Source: an uncultured Elusimicrobia bacterium
GTDB taxonomy: Bacteria > Elusimicrobiota > Endomicrobiia > DTEH01
Assembly (NCBI GenBank): GCA_964561135.1
Contig: CAZLOB010000038.1
Location: 6,427 to 70,426 of the forward strand
Length of the DNA: 64,000 nt
Direction of reading: 5' to 3'
This document shows, in pieces, positions 49,525 through 59,099 of the stretch. Numbering within the stretch: the stretch's first letter is position 1; every line of letters starts with the position of its first letter. The translations under genes were made by a program, and so were the position numbers. Under the pieces are notes generated by a model, which was not told the DNA's origin, did not search any database, and saw only the letters and a list, made by a program, of their open reading frames with translations.

Positions 49525-50649
49525 TCAAGTTTTGATACGAGAGTTTATTTTTATAATATCTCCATCTTGCACAATATAATCCTTACCACAAATTTTGACA
49601 TCTCCATTTTGGTACAAAAGTTTTAAATCCGGCGTTTGTTTAAATTTTTCAAATGGTATAACTTCAGCATTGATAAACCCTTCTTTTAGATCTGAATGTA
49701 TTTTACCAGCTGCATCTAAAATTGATGAATTTTCTTTTATCAACCATGCTCGATGTTCATCCCCAACTATAGTATAAAAAGTTATAAGATGTAAAATTTT
49801 CACTGAATTTTTAATGAAATTTTTCAATTCTGAACTTGGCACACTATACTCTTTCCTTAAACTTTCTTTTTCTTCATTAGAAAAATCTGCTAAACTAAGT
49901 TCAAATTTCACACATAAAGGCAAAACTGAACAGTTAGTATAAGAACTGATTTCAACAATTTTTTTCTCAAGTTCTTTTCTGTCAACATTTTCATCATAGT
50001 TTAGCACATATAAAAAATTTTTTGTTATTAACAGTTGGTTAATAAATGACAGAAGTTCTTTATTTTGAAACTTTATTTTGTTTTTATTTATAAATTCTCT
50101 TATTTCAGCAAGATTTTTACTGTTTCCATAATTGTTACACAACTTAAAAATTTCTTCCAAAAACAGTATTTCTTCTTCTGTGACAGTTTTATTACCTACT
50201 TTTTGTCTATGTTTAAGTTTTTCAAGATGTTTGGATATAACTTCGATATCAGCAAGAACAAGTTCAAAATTTATAATGTCTATCTCTTCGATAGGATCTA
50301 TTTTCCCAATAGAACTTGGAACAGTGTCGTCAAAAAAATATCTTACCACATGTACCACTGCATCTACTTCACGAATGTTAGCTAAGAACCTGTTTCCCAA
50401 TCCTTCACCTTTTGATGCACCTTTCACTAACCCTGCAATATCTACAAACTTTATTATTGGGTAAACTTTTTTTTGCGGTTTTAAAACAGAAGTTATAAAT
50501 TCAAACCTTTCATCATAAACTTCAACAATACCTATATTAGGTTGTATAGTAGTGAAAGGGAATTTTTCTATTGACACAGAAATTTTGGTAAGTAAATAGA
50601 AGAGAGAAGACTTCCCTACATTTGGTAAACCTATTATACCAATTTCCAT
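49525..50649 (-). CDS. ychF: Ribosome-binding ATPase YchF (Obg-family)
   Basis: MEIGIIGLPNVGKSSLF G1 motif, ~370 aa, with a C-terminal TGS-like domain. Confidence 0.85.
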   Translation of the reverse strand: MEIGIIGLPNVGKSSLFYLLTKISVSIEKFPFTTIQPNIGIVEVYDERFEFITSVLKPQKKVYPIIKFVDIAGLVKGASKGEGLGNRFLANIREVDAVVHVVRYFFDDTVPSSIGKIDPIEEIDIINFELVLADIEVISKHLEKLKHRQKVGNKTVTEEEILFLEEIFKLCNNYGNSKNLAEIREFINKNKIKFQNKELLSFINQLLITKNFLYVLNYDENVDRKELEKKIVEISSYTNCSVLPLCVKFELSLADFSNEEKESLRKEYSVPSSELKNFIKNSVKILHLITFYTIVGDEHRAWLIKENSSILDAAGKIHSDLKEGFINAEVIPFEKFKQTPDLKLLYQNGDVKICGKDYIVQDGDIIKINSRIKT

Positions 50650-50652
50650 TTT

Positions 50653-51759
50653 TTATTTTTTTACAACCACAAGATTATCTGCGTGTACAACTTCTTCATA
50701 AACAAACTGTGGATATAATTTTTTAATCTGTTGTGTTTTCTTTTGTTTAAGTAATTCAACTTCTTGAGCGTCATAATTTACAATACCGCGAGCAATCTCT
50801 TCTCCATCGATAGAACAAATACTTATAACATCGCCTTTGTTAAAAAAACCTTCAACTTTTTTTATTCCCACAGGAAGTAAACTCTTCCTTTGTTCCAGTA
50901 TAGCCTTTGCAGCACCGTTATCTATAAAAATTTTTCCTTTAGGTCTACTGATATATTTTATCCATTTTTCCCGTGATGATATTTTAGAAGCAGACATTAC
51001 TAAAAATCTGCTACCAACTTTTTTACCATCAACAATGTCTACAACAACATCTTTTTTTAATCCGTTTGCAATAACTACTTCCACACCGTTTAAAACGCAT
51101 ATTTTTGCAGCTTCAAGTTTTGTTTTCATCCCGCCTGTACCACAGAAAAATTTTGTTTTAGAAGAAATTATACATCTTTTTTCTATTTCTTCAATATTAT
51201 CTATTTCTTCAACAATTTTTGCGTCAGGATATTTGTTAGGATCTTTGTCATAGATACCATCTACATCCGTCAACAATATTAACATATCAGCATCGAGTTT
51301 TGCTGCAACAACAGCTGATAATGTATCATTATCGCCAACCTTGATTTCTTCAACTGCAACAGTATCATTTTCGTTTATTATAGGCACAACATCCATTTTT
51401 ATTAAATTTTTTAAAGTATTTCTTATATTCAGATATCTTTGACGGATATCAAAATCTTCTCTTGTTAACAAAACTTGTGCTACTTTTATACCATATGGTC
51501 TAAACACATCAATATATTTGTTCATTAACAATGGTTGACCTATCGCCGCGTATGACTGTTTCTCAACAACACTTTTAGGTTTCACAGCAACTTTATATTC
51601 TTTAAGGCCCATAGCAATAGCACCTGAAGATACTATAATTACTTGATGACCGTTATCTTTTAGTTTTTTAACTTGTCCAGCAATAGATTTTAAAAAATCG
51701 TCCCCACCTTTTATTATCAAATGGGAACCAATTTTTATAACTATAAGCTTTTTATTCAT
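50653..51759 (-). CDS. proB: Glutamate 5-kinase with C-terminal PUA domain
   Basis: LIVIKIGSHLI... amino-acid-kinase fold, C-terminal PUA-like region, 368 aa. Confidence 0.8.
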   Translation of the reverse strand: MNKKLIVIKIGSHLIIKGGDDFLKSIAGQVKKLKDNGHQVIIVSSGAIAMGLKEYKVAVKPKSVVEKQSYAAIGQPLLMNKYIDVFRPYGIKVAQVLLTREDFDIRQRYLNIRNTLKNLIKMDVVPIINENDTVAVEEIKVGDNDTLSAVVAAKLDADMLILLTDVDGIYDKDPNKYPDAKIVEEIDNIEEIEKRCIISSKTKFFCGTGGMKTKLEAAKICVLNGVEVVIANGLKKDVVVDIVDGKKVGSRFLVMSASKISSREKWIKYISRPKGKIFIDNGAAKAILEQRKSLLPVGIKKVEGFFNKGDVISICSIDGEEIARGIVNYDAQEVELLKQKKTQQIKKLYPQFVYEEVVHADNLVVVKK

Positions 51760-51780
51760 AATTTAAACTATATAAACTTT

Positions 51781-53106
51781 TTACCTTTTATTCAACTTAT
51801 ACAAAAAAGGATAAAACAATTCTTTACTAAAATCTAAAACGGATTTTATTCCTAAAACTGTCAAAAGAAACTCTTTTGTATCAACATGTTCGACTTCTTT
51901 TACCTCATAAAATTTGTTTCTAAAAATAAAAACGACTATTGTTCTTAATAAACTTGATAACAAAAATAAAGTTAACAACTTAGAACCGTTTACTATAGCT
52001 GGTAAATGGTTTGCCAACCAACCTGAAAGCATTGTACCAAAAAATATAAACAATCCATTTGTAAAATTAAAATACCCTACACAACGTGTTCTTGTTTCTT
52101 GAGATGCTACATCAAAAATAAAATTCACAGTTGATAAGTTAAATCCTGCCCAAACATATCCTGCAAAGCTATTGATCAAAATCAAATATAAAAAATTTTT
52201 TGAAAAAATCCATAATATCGGTAATATACAAATTAACAATCCACTTACTTTAATCACTTTAGCATTACCAATTTTATCTGCAGTTTTGCCCCAAAACGGC
52301 AAAAATATCAATCCTGTTAACACTGCTGATAATGACACAATTGTATATTCTAAATATGACATCTTTAACTCTCTTAACATATATACATAAAAAAATGGAG
52401 CTGCAATAAAAACTGAAAAGTTTAACAGTGACACAAAAAATACATATTTTACAAAATTACTCTCTTTAATCCTTCTAACAAAATCAAAATATGAAAAAGT
52501 TTTTTCTGGTAAAATTCTTATTTCAATATCATCCATTTTGCTAATAAAATAACCTGAAATCAACCTTGCAATACCAGCTAAAAAAAATAAAACTACAAAT
52601 CCTAAAAACTTATCTTTTACAACAGATAAAAACCATCCTGCCACAAAGGATGCAGTTAAACTAATAAATCCTAAAACTTTACCACGCCAAGAAAAATACT
52701 TGCCATACTTATCTTTGTCAACAGTATCACTCATTAAAGACCACCAAGCTGGGGCTGCCGCTGAAGTTGCAGTAGAAGAAATTATAGTTAAGATTATAAA
52801 CCAAATTATTCTAACATTTTGTGGAACAAAAAGCAAACTTATAATAAACACATAACTTATTCCATGTATGAATACAAACCGTGTTATAATTTTTAATCTA
52901 CTTTTTAATCTGTCAACTATTTCACCAACTTTCAATTGAACAATAGAACCAAATAGTTGAGGTAATGCATTTAATAAAGCAATATGAATATTTTTTGCAC
53001 CTAATATCAACCCAAACGGAATAATATAGTTCATTGTAAAACCCATCATTATAGAAGCAAAAATACCATCCAAAAATGAGTAATATAAACTTCTTGAATT
53101 ATTCAT
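51781..53106 (-). CDS. MFS-type transporter
   Basis: About 12 hydrophobic segments in a 6+6 arrangement with a central loop; 441 aa. Confidence 0.55.
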   Translation of the reverse strand: MNNSRSLYYSFLDGIFASIMMGFTMNYIIPFGLILGAKNIHIALLNALPQLFGSIVQLKVGEIVDRLKSRLKIITRFVFIHGISYVFIISLLFVPQNVRIIWFIILTIISSTATSAAAPAWWSLMSDTVDKDKYGKYFSWRGKVLGFISLTASFVAGWFLSVVKDKFLGFVVLFFLAGIARLISGYFISKMDDIEIRILPEKTFSYFDFVRRIKESNFVKYVFFVSLLNFSVFIAAPFFYVYMLRELKMSYLEYTIVSLSAVLTGLIFLPFWGKTADKIGNAKVIKVSGLLICILPILWIFSKNFLYLILINSFAGYVWAGFNLSTVNFIFDVASQETRTRCVGYFNFTNGLFIFFGTMLSGWLANHLPAIVNGSKLLTLFLLSSLLRTIVVFIFRNKFYEVKEVEHVDTKEFLLTVLGIKSVLDFSKELFYPFLYKLNKR

Positions 53107-53141
53107 ATGAAGAGAAAAGCGATGGGTAATTAAATTATTAA

Positions 53142-54446
53142 TTATTTAAGAAATTCTTCCATTTCTTCTTCAGTTAATTTTTCACTTATTGACTTTAAAA
53201 ATTCAGCATTAGATTTTGTTTGTTTCAACGCAGCAATCAATTTTTCCATAGCCTCGATAGGTGGCAACTGCATTAAGACTTTCCTTAACACCCATATTTT
53301 CTTAAGATCTTTTTCAGGTATCAAAAGTTCTTCTTTTCTTGTCCCAGAACGAGTGATATCAATAGCTGGGAACACACGTCTATCAGCTAATCTTCTATCA
53401 AGGTAAATCTCCATATTACCAGTACCTTTGAACTCTTCAAAAATAACATCATCCATTCTTGACCCTGTTTCTACTAGCGCAGTTGCTATAATAGTTAAAG
53501 AACCGCCTTCCTCAACATTCCTTGCAGAACCAAAGAATCTTTTTGGCCGTTGTAGAGCAGTTGAATCTAACCCGCCAGAAAGAACACGACCACTTGAAGG
53601 GGTTACTGTATTATATGCTCGTGCTAACCTCGTAATAGAGTCAAGTAAAATAACTACATCATACTTATGTTCTACCAAACGTTTTGCTTTTTCTAAAACC
53701 ATTTCTGCAACTTGTATGTGTCTATCAGCAGGCTCGTCAAAAGTTGAAGATATAACCTCACATTTTACTGACCTCATCATATCGGTTACTTCTTCAGGTC
53801 GTTCATCAATAAGTAATGCTATAAGTTTTATCTCAGGATGGTTCTTTGTTATTGCATTTGCAATTTTTTGTAATAGTACTGTTTTTCCGGTTCTTGGTGG
53901 TGCGTTAATTAGAGCACGTTGTCCTTTACCTAAAGGAGTCAACAGATCTATAATACGTGTTGAAATTTCATCAGGTGTGGTTTCCAATACAATACGTTTG
54001 TTTGGATACAAAGGTGTTAGATTATCAAACAAAGGTCTTCCACGAAGTTCTTCAGGTTCAATTCCATTAACAGTTTTTATTTGTAATAAAGCATAATATT
54101 TTTCATCATTTTTTGGTGGCCTAACATAACCACCAACAGTATCACCTTTTCTTAATCCAAAACGTTTTATTTGAGAAGGCGAGATATAAATATCTTCATC
54201 ACTTTGTAGATAATTAAAGTTTGGTGATCTTAAAAAACCGAACCCGTCAGGTAAAATTTCTAACACACCTTCAGAGTACATAAGACCGTTTGTCTGTGAT
54301 TGTACTTCTATAATTTTTGATATTAGCTGTTGTTTTCTTAATCCTTCAATATTTTCTATTTTAAGTTCTTTAGCAAGTTTTGTAAGTTCTTGCATCTTCA
54401 TCTTTGCTAAAGATGACATATCAAAGGTTACTTGTTGCATTGGCAT
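53142..54446 (-). CDS. rho: Transcription termination factor Rho
   Basis: N-terminal RNA-binding OB (FGFLR..., [11 protein letters not shown]); Walker [15 protein letters not shown]; Q-loop and R-loop blocks; 434 aa. Confidence 0.9.
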   Translation of the reverse strand: MPMQQVTFDMSSLAKMKMQELTKLAKELKIENIEGLRKQQLISKIIEVQSQTNGLMYSEGVLEILPDGFGFLRSPNFNYLQSDEDIYISPSQIKRFGLRKGDTVGGYVRPPKNDEKYYALLQIKTVNGIEPEELRGRPLFDNLTPLYPNKRIVLETTPDEISTRIIDLLTPLGKGQRALINAPPRTGKTVLLQKIANAITKNHPEIKLIALLIDERPEEVTDMMRSVKCEVISSTFDEPADRHIQVAEMVLEKAKRLVEHKYDVVILLDSITRLARAYNTVTPSSGRVLSGGLDSTALQRPKRFFGSARNVEEGGSLTIIATALVETGSRMDDVIFEEFKGTGNMEIYLDRRLADRRVFPAIDITRSGTRKEELLIPEKDLKKIWVLRKVLMQLPPIEAMEKLIAALKQTKSNAEFLKSISEKLTEEEMEEFLK

Positions 54447-54735
54447 AATTTTTTACCCCCTGATAAGAAAGTTTATATAAAAACTAGTTTTGACAAGATT
54501 TTTCAACCACATTGCTTATACCTTTTGGAAGGTTCATCTTTTATGAAAACTTTTGTTAAATCTTTTAAAAACATTGTTAAGTCTGATTTATTTAGACATG
54601 ATATTCAAAAAATGAATAGAATAAATTTTTGTTTTCACACAAACTAAAAATTATAAGGAAAGAAATTATTAAGTTATATACTTTTTAGAAAATACAAAAT
54701 AAATTTTTTTTTGTCAATAGGTAAAAAAAAATTAT

Positions 54736-54772
54736 AAAAGCAGGGGGTACTTTTTAGATACCCCCTGCTTTT
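54736..54772 (-). terminator. Rho-independent terminator downstream of the 54780..55604 gene
   Basis: AAAAGCAGGGGGTA-loop-TACCCCCTGCTTTT, 14-bp stem. On the minus-strand transcript it is followed by AUAAUUUUUUUUUACC. It lies 8 nt after the stop codon. Confidence 0.55.
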
Positions 54773-54779
54773 ATCTAAA

Positions 54780-55604
54780 TTATTGTTGCATTTCACCCTG
54801 CTGATATTGCTGATGGTCCTGTTGATATTGTTGATCACCCTGCAGATATTGCTGATAGTCCTGTTGATATTGTTGTTCACCTTGCTGATATTGCTGATGG
54901 TAATACTCTAATTGTTGCTGATTTTGAATTTGTTTTTGTTCTAAGAGTTGTTCTTGAATTTGAGCTTGAGTTTGTATACGTAGCTGAATTTGTGCCATAA
55001 TTTCTTCTTTTAGTTCAACAGGTAATTCGATTTTTCCTTCCTTTATATCAGAAAGAATTTTTTGTCTTGCAACAACATCAACATCTCCTTCCTCACCTTT
55101 CATTGTCTCTTTAACTACTGCCAAAGCATGTTCCACAGGAATACCTTGTTCTACAAGAGATTCCAATACTTCAACAGACTTAGATGTTCTCTCACCTTTA
55201 TGTTTTTTTATCTCTTTTTCTAACTCAAGTTTTGCTTTATCAATTTGTCTTTTTATCATATTTGTTGTCTTCTCAATATCTTTCTCACATTTTTTAACAT
55301 CATTAGTACCAACCCATTTTTCCACACGTTCACAAATCTTTACAGCAAGTTGAACTGGTGGCACTTCTGCTTGTTCAATTTTTTCTTTTAGTTTTGCAAT
55401 GATTTGTTCTTTTTGTTCCTCAGTTAATTTTGTTTTTTCTAACCTTGCTTCAACTATTTTTACTATTTCATCAACATCTACTTTAAACTGCTGAGGTTCA
55501 ACAATTACATCAACATCTACATCAACATCTATATCAGCTTCGGTACTAAATAATAGTAAAGATGTCAATAACATTGTTAAACTTAGTGTAATTATTTTTT
55601 TCAT
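54780..55604 (-). CDS. Secreted coiled-coil protein with D/V N-terminal repeat and a C-terminal Gln/Tyr-rich tandem repeat (last gene of the ECF sigma operon)
   Basis: Signal peptide MKKIITLSLTMLLTSLLLFS; DIDVDVDVDV; one LTEEQ (LTxxQ-like) motif. C-terminus (Q,Y) repeat array QQYQQGEQQYQQDYQQYLQGDQQYQQDHQQYQQGEMQQ, encoded by ~18-21-bp DNA repeats. Strong SD AAGGAGGT. Confidence 0.5.
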   Translation of the reverse strand: MKKIITLSLTMLLTSLLLFSTEADIDVDVDVDVIVEPQQFKVDVDEIVKIVEARLEKTKLTEEQKEQIIAKLKEKIEQAEVPPVQLAVKICERVEKWVGTNDVKKCEKDIEKTTNMIKRQIDKAKLELEKEIKKHKGERTSKSVEVLESLVEQGIPVEHALAVVKETMKGEEGDVDVVARQKILSDIKEGKIELPVELKEEIMAQIQLRIQTQAQIQEQLLEQKQIQNQQQLEYYHQQYQQGEQQYQQDYQQYLQGDQQYQQDHQQYQQGEMQQ

Positions 55605-55628
55605 TTTTGGCTACCTCCTTTTTTATTA

Positions 55629-55709
55629 GTCTACTTTTTCTTCCGAAGTGGATTTATAAAACTTTCATCACCTCCTTTCCCCACTATAAATTGGAAGAAA
55701 AAAGTAGAC
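55629..55709 (-). promoter_or_regulatory. Long imperfect inverted repeat (16/17-bp arms, 48-nt loop) in the leader of the 54780..55604 gene; loop carries SD plus mini-ORF MKVL
   Basis: Arms GTCTACTTTTTCTTCC (55629-55644) and GGAAGAAAAAAGTAGAC (55693-55709). On the minus-strand RNA the loop contains GGAGGTG then ATGAAAGTTTTATAA (55654-55668). Confidence 0.3.
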
Positions 55710-55714
55710 AAAAA

Positions 55715-56401
55715 TTACATTCTTACAACATTAACTTTCTTAACCACATCTTTTTCAAAAGAACCTTTTTTGATCCTAATCTTTACTGGAAATTCTCCTT
55801 CTTTAACAGCTCTTACTTTAATCACCAAATAATTTTCTTGAGGTTTCAAATCTCCCTCCCAATAAACCACTCTCTTTCCTTCAGAAGTAACAATTCCCTC
55901 AGGAAGTTCTATTTCAACTTTTGCATTTTTTAACTCTTTTTTAGCAGTAAGCTTTATCCTTATATATCCCCTTTCTTGAAGTAACAAATTATCCCTAATT
56001 TCATAACCTGCCAAATTGTACTCTCCATATGAATATCTTAGGTATGAGTAAGGTTGCACAAAAGTTATTCTATCTTTGTTTAGAAATATCGCAAAAATAA
56101 TTACAAAAATAATCACCATAACAACAGCATATCTTAAAAACAACACACCTAACTTTTTCTCTAACATGCTTTCATAACTTAACTGCCTCAATTTTGAATG
56201 AAGAACATAAGAAAAATTTTCTTTTAATTGAGGAACTTTTAAAAACGACAAATTTTCTTTGATTTTTAAATAATAATCCAATTCTTGCCTACAATCATCA
56301 CATTTTTCTAAATGCTGTTTTAAAAAAACTTCTTGTTGTTGAGTAAGCTCTTTGTCAAGATATTTTTGTATAAGAAACTTTATTTTTTTACATTCTTTCA
56401 T
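55715..56401 (-). CDS. Zinc-binding (ZAS-type) anti-sigma factor, single-pass membrane protein
   Basis: Start MKECKK with a GGAGG SD. HxxxCxxC motif QHLEKCDDCRQE. TM LFLRYAVVMVIIFVIIFAIFL. Periplasmic C-domain. Confidence 0.6.
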   Translation of the reverse strand: MKECKKIKFLIQKYLDKELTQQQEVFLKQHLEKCDDCRQELDYYLKIKENLSFLKVPQLKENFSYVLHSKLRQLSYESMLEKKLGVLFLRYAVVMVIIFVIIFAIFLNKDRITFVQPYSYLRYSYGEYNLAGYEIRDNLLLQERGYIRIKLTAKKELKNAKVEIELPEGIVTSEGKRVVYWEGDLKPQENYLVIKVRAVKEGEFPVKIRIKKGSFEKDVVKKVNVVRM

Positions 56402-56458
56402 TTTCTTCCTCCTTTCCACTATAATAGACAAGAAATCTTTTAAAAATGTTCCCAGAGA

Positions 56459-57751
56459 TTAAAAATATAAACCTATCCCAAAAGAATAGTTTTGTGTTTT
56501 GTAAGAATACAAAGCGTTAGATGAGTCTGATGTTGAATTAGTGTAATTGAAACTAACCTCAAACTGATTTGTTAGTTTTATTCGTAGGGAGCTATAAAAT
56601 GAATTAATTTTATCCTTTCTGTCAACTTTAAATGATTTGTCTATGATATTAGCACCTATTGAAATTGAAACTTTTTTAAATCTTTTTTCTATTCTGCTAT
56701 TGAGAAACAAACTAGTATAGGAATATAAATCTGACTGTGTATTTTTTATCTTATAACCAGCATCTGCTTTTAAAAGACCAATTTTGAAAGATAAGATATA
56801 TTCTGTTGTTACGCCATTTAACAACTTATAATTAGTATCAAGATATTCATCTGTATTACAACCTGCAGAAATTTCTAAAATTAAATCATCTAAATACATT
56901 TCAGTTTTTATCTTTGAAGCAAGATTTCTTAGCAATGGTCTATCTTCAATATAATACCCTCCAGATAGGACCAAATCAATATTAAACTTAGGTATTAATT
57001 CAAACTTTAAACTTCCAAAAAAATTTTTGAAATTATAGTTATTATATTTCAAATAATTTTTTAAAACTGAACTTAAAGAAACACTAACAGTCTCATCAAA
57101 AAATAAAACTGAAACATAAGTTGAGTATGAAGAATCGCTTAAACCTAATAACTCATAATACATTTCTGGAACATAGTTTATATTTGTTTCGTATCCATAG
57201 CTTCCCTGTAGATATATCACAACATTTTTAGCAACATATTTTCTGTAATCAATTCCAAATTTTTCTAACACATCTTGTGCTTTAAGTAAGTTTATAGAGT
57301 AAGGATAATTTTTTTGCAGAACTTTATATTTTTCAATTGCGGCTTTTTTATCCTTTAATTTCAAATAAGAAACAATCATAAGATACAAACTTTGATCATA
57401 AATAAACCTATCAGTATGTGTTTTTTCTAAAAATCCAATAGCTTCTTTGTATTTTTTAAGTTTAAATTTTGTCACACCCAAATTATAGAATAAACTTGAC
57501 GAAGAATAACCGCAATAATAAGATTTTTCAAAATACTCTTCTGCTAAAGTATAATTCCCAATTTTAAAATAACAAATGCCCAAATAATATCCTATCTTAG
57601 GATCTTCCTCTATTTTGCTTTTCTTAGAAGAAAGAATTCGAATAGCTTCTTCATATCTTTGCGATTTTATCAAACCTTCTATATAAGAAGAATCATCTTG
57701 GCTAGAAAACAAATAAGAAACAAATACCAAAAAAAACATCAAAACTTTCAT
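56459..57751 (-). CDS. TPR-repeat N-domain fused to C-terminal outer-membrane beta-barrel
   Basis: Signal peptide. TPR-like repeats (AIRIL...YYLGICYFKIGNYTLAEEYFEKS...AIGFLEK). C-terminal alternating pattern ending in ...NYSFGIGLYF (terminal Phe). Confidence 0.5.
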   Translation of the reverse strand: MKVLMFFLVFVSYLFSSQDDSSYIEGLIKSQRYEEAIRILSSKKSKIEEDPKIGYYLGICYFKIGNYTLAEEYFEKSYYCGYSSSSLFYNLGVTKFKLKKYKEAIGFLEKTHTDRFIYDQSLYLMIVSYLKLKDKKAAIEKYKVLQKNYPYSINLLKAQDVLEKFGIDYRKYVAKNVVIYLQGSYGYETNINYVPEMYYELLGLSDSSYSTYVSVLFFDETVSVSLSSVLKNYLKYNNYNFKNFFGSLKFELIPKFNIDLVLSGGYYIEDRPLLRNLASKIKTEMYLDDLILEISAGCNTDEYLDTNYKLLNGVTTEYILSFKIGLLKADAGYKIKNTQSDLYSYTSLFLNSRIEKRFKKVSISIGANIIDKSFKVDRKDKINSFYSSLRIKLTNQFEVSFNYTNSTSDSSNALYSYKTQNYSFGIGLYF

Positions 57752-58305
57752 TATTCTAAAAGTTCCTTCGCTTCTTTTAATATTAAACTTTTTAAAATCT
57801 GCCTTGCACGATATAACCTTGTTTTAACAGTATTCAAATTCTTTCCCAAAATTTCCGCAATCTCTTCGTATGATTTTCCTTCAAATTCATAAAGTATTAA
57901 TACTATTTGAAACTTATGTGGAATTTTAAGAATTAATTTTCTTAACTTTTCTGCTTTTATTTTTTTATCTAAATCTTCATCAAATTTTTCACTTTCATAT
58001 ACCTCATGACCAACATTTTCAAAACTAATTTCTGCAACAGACCTAAATTTTTTGGCAATATTATTTATCACATTACAAGTGACTCTATAAACCCATCTAT
58101 CAAAAGGACCACGGAACTTATATAAATTTATTTTTTTAAAAATTCTTAATATTACTTCTTGGCAAATATCTTCTGCAAGGTGTAAATCTTGAGTTTTAAA
58201 ATATGCTATGTTATAAATTTTTTGCTGATATATTGAGATAAGTTCTTCAAAAGCGTTTATATCTCCTTTTTGGGAACGAATTATTAATTCTTTTTCTTTA
58301 TCCAT
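57751..58305 (-). CDS. ECF (sigma-24 family) RNA polymerase sigma factor
   Basis: Region 2 (YNIAYFKTQDLHLAEDICQEVILRIF) and region 4 HTH (SYEEIAEILGKNLNTVKTRLYRARQIL). Its stop overlaps the next start. Confidence 0.85.
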   Translation of the reverse strand: MDKEKELIIRSQKGDINAFEELISIYQQKIYNIAYFKTQDLHLAEDICQEVILRIFKKINLYKFRGPFDRWVYRVTCNVINNIAKKFRSVAEISFENVGHEVYESEKFDEDLDKKIKAEKLRKLILKIPHKFQIVLILYEFEGKSYEEIAEILGKNLNTVKTRLYRARQILKSLILKEAKELLE

Positions 58306-58347
58306 GCATTTAAATTATAGACAGAAAAAAAACTCAAAATGTTCCTA

Positions 58348-58377
58348 TTGACTTTAGAATTTTTTATTTTGTATAAT
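58348..58377 (+). promoter_or_regulatory. Sigma-70-like promoter for ndk
   Basis: TTGACT, 18-nt spacer, TATAAT; ~38 nt upstream of the ndk ATG. Confidence 0.4.
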
Positions 58378-58414
58378 TTTATATAGAAAATTACCTTAAT
58401 TAATTTCAACAGCT

Positions 58415-58930
58415 ATGAAAAAACATCAATACACTTTAGTAATAATTAAACCTGATGCACTAGTAAAATCTTTGACTGGTAACATATTAACAAGGTTATC
58501 AGAAGCAAAATTAAGAATAATAGGTGCAAAAGTAGTAAAAGTTACAAGAGAACTTGCAGAAAAACACTATGCTCATTTAAAAGACAAACCATTTTTTGAA
58601 GATCTTTACGAATATTTTTCTGGCAAAGCATATGGTCCTGAATATGAGCGCATTTTAGTGTTTGTTTATGAAGGTGAAGATGCTATTGAACGTGTAAGGA
58701 AAATAGCAGGAGCTACAAACCCGCTTGAAGCAGATCCTACTACAATACGCGGTGCTTATGGTAGGATAAATAAAAAGGGTATTATGGAAAATGTGATACA
58801 TTGTTCTGACTCAGAAGAAGCTGCTGAAAGAGAAATAAAGTTGTGGTTTAAACCAGACGAAATTGTTGAACCTATATATCCTACAAAAGTTGTATATAAA
58901 GATAATTATCCAGTTGTTGAATGGGCATAA
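58415..58930 (+). CDS. ndk: Nucleoside diphosphate kinase
   Basis: TLVIIKPDAL and NVIHCSDSEEAAEREIKLWF (active-site His region). Confidence 0.9.
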   Translation: MKKHQYTLVIIKPDALVKSLTGNILTRLSEAKLRIIGAKVVKVTRELAEKHYAHLKDKPFFEDLYEYFSGKAYGPEYERILVFVYEGEDAIERVRKIAGATNPLEADPTTIRGAYGRINKKGIMENVIHCSDSEEAAEREIKLWFKPDEIVEPIYPTKVVYKDNYPVVEWA

Positions 58931-59099
58931 CAGTAGTAGTTTAGAAAAAAGTTAAAGGTTAAAAGTAGAAAGTTTTAATTTTAGTTGCAAACCATACTTT
59001 GTGATAAAAAAGTAAAAAAACTGTAAGCCGTACCTTTTAAGGAGCCTAGTAATATTTTATCAGATTAAGCTTCTGCAACAACAAAAATAAATAACCGTA

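Noticed and set aside
50837-51253. 138-aa plus-strand ORF (and 50065..50464 ORFs)
   Set aside because: Antisense to proB and ychF respectively; hydrophobic low-complexity artefacts.
53428-54096. 222-aa plus-strand ORF
   Set aside because: Entirely antisense to rho, whose identity is unambiguous. Spurious long antisense ORFs like this are typical opposite highly conserved genes.
55607-55933. 108-aa plus-strand ORF
   Set aside because: Overlaps the anti-sigma gene on the opposite strand and the leader inverted repeat. It has no SD and a low-complexity product.
58931-59099. Possible terminator after ndk (ccgtaccttttaaggagcctag)
   Set aside because: The complementarity is too imperfect for a stable stem, so I do not call a terminator.
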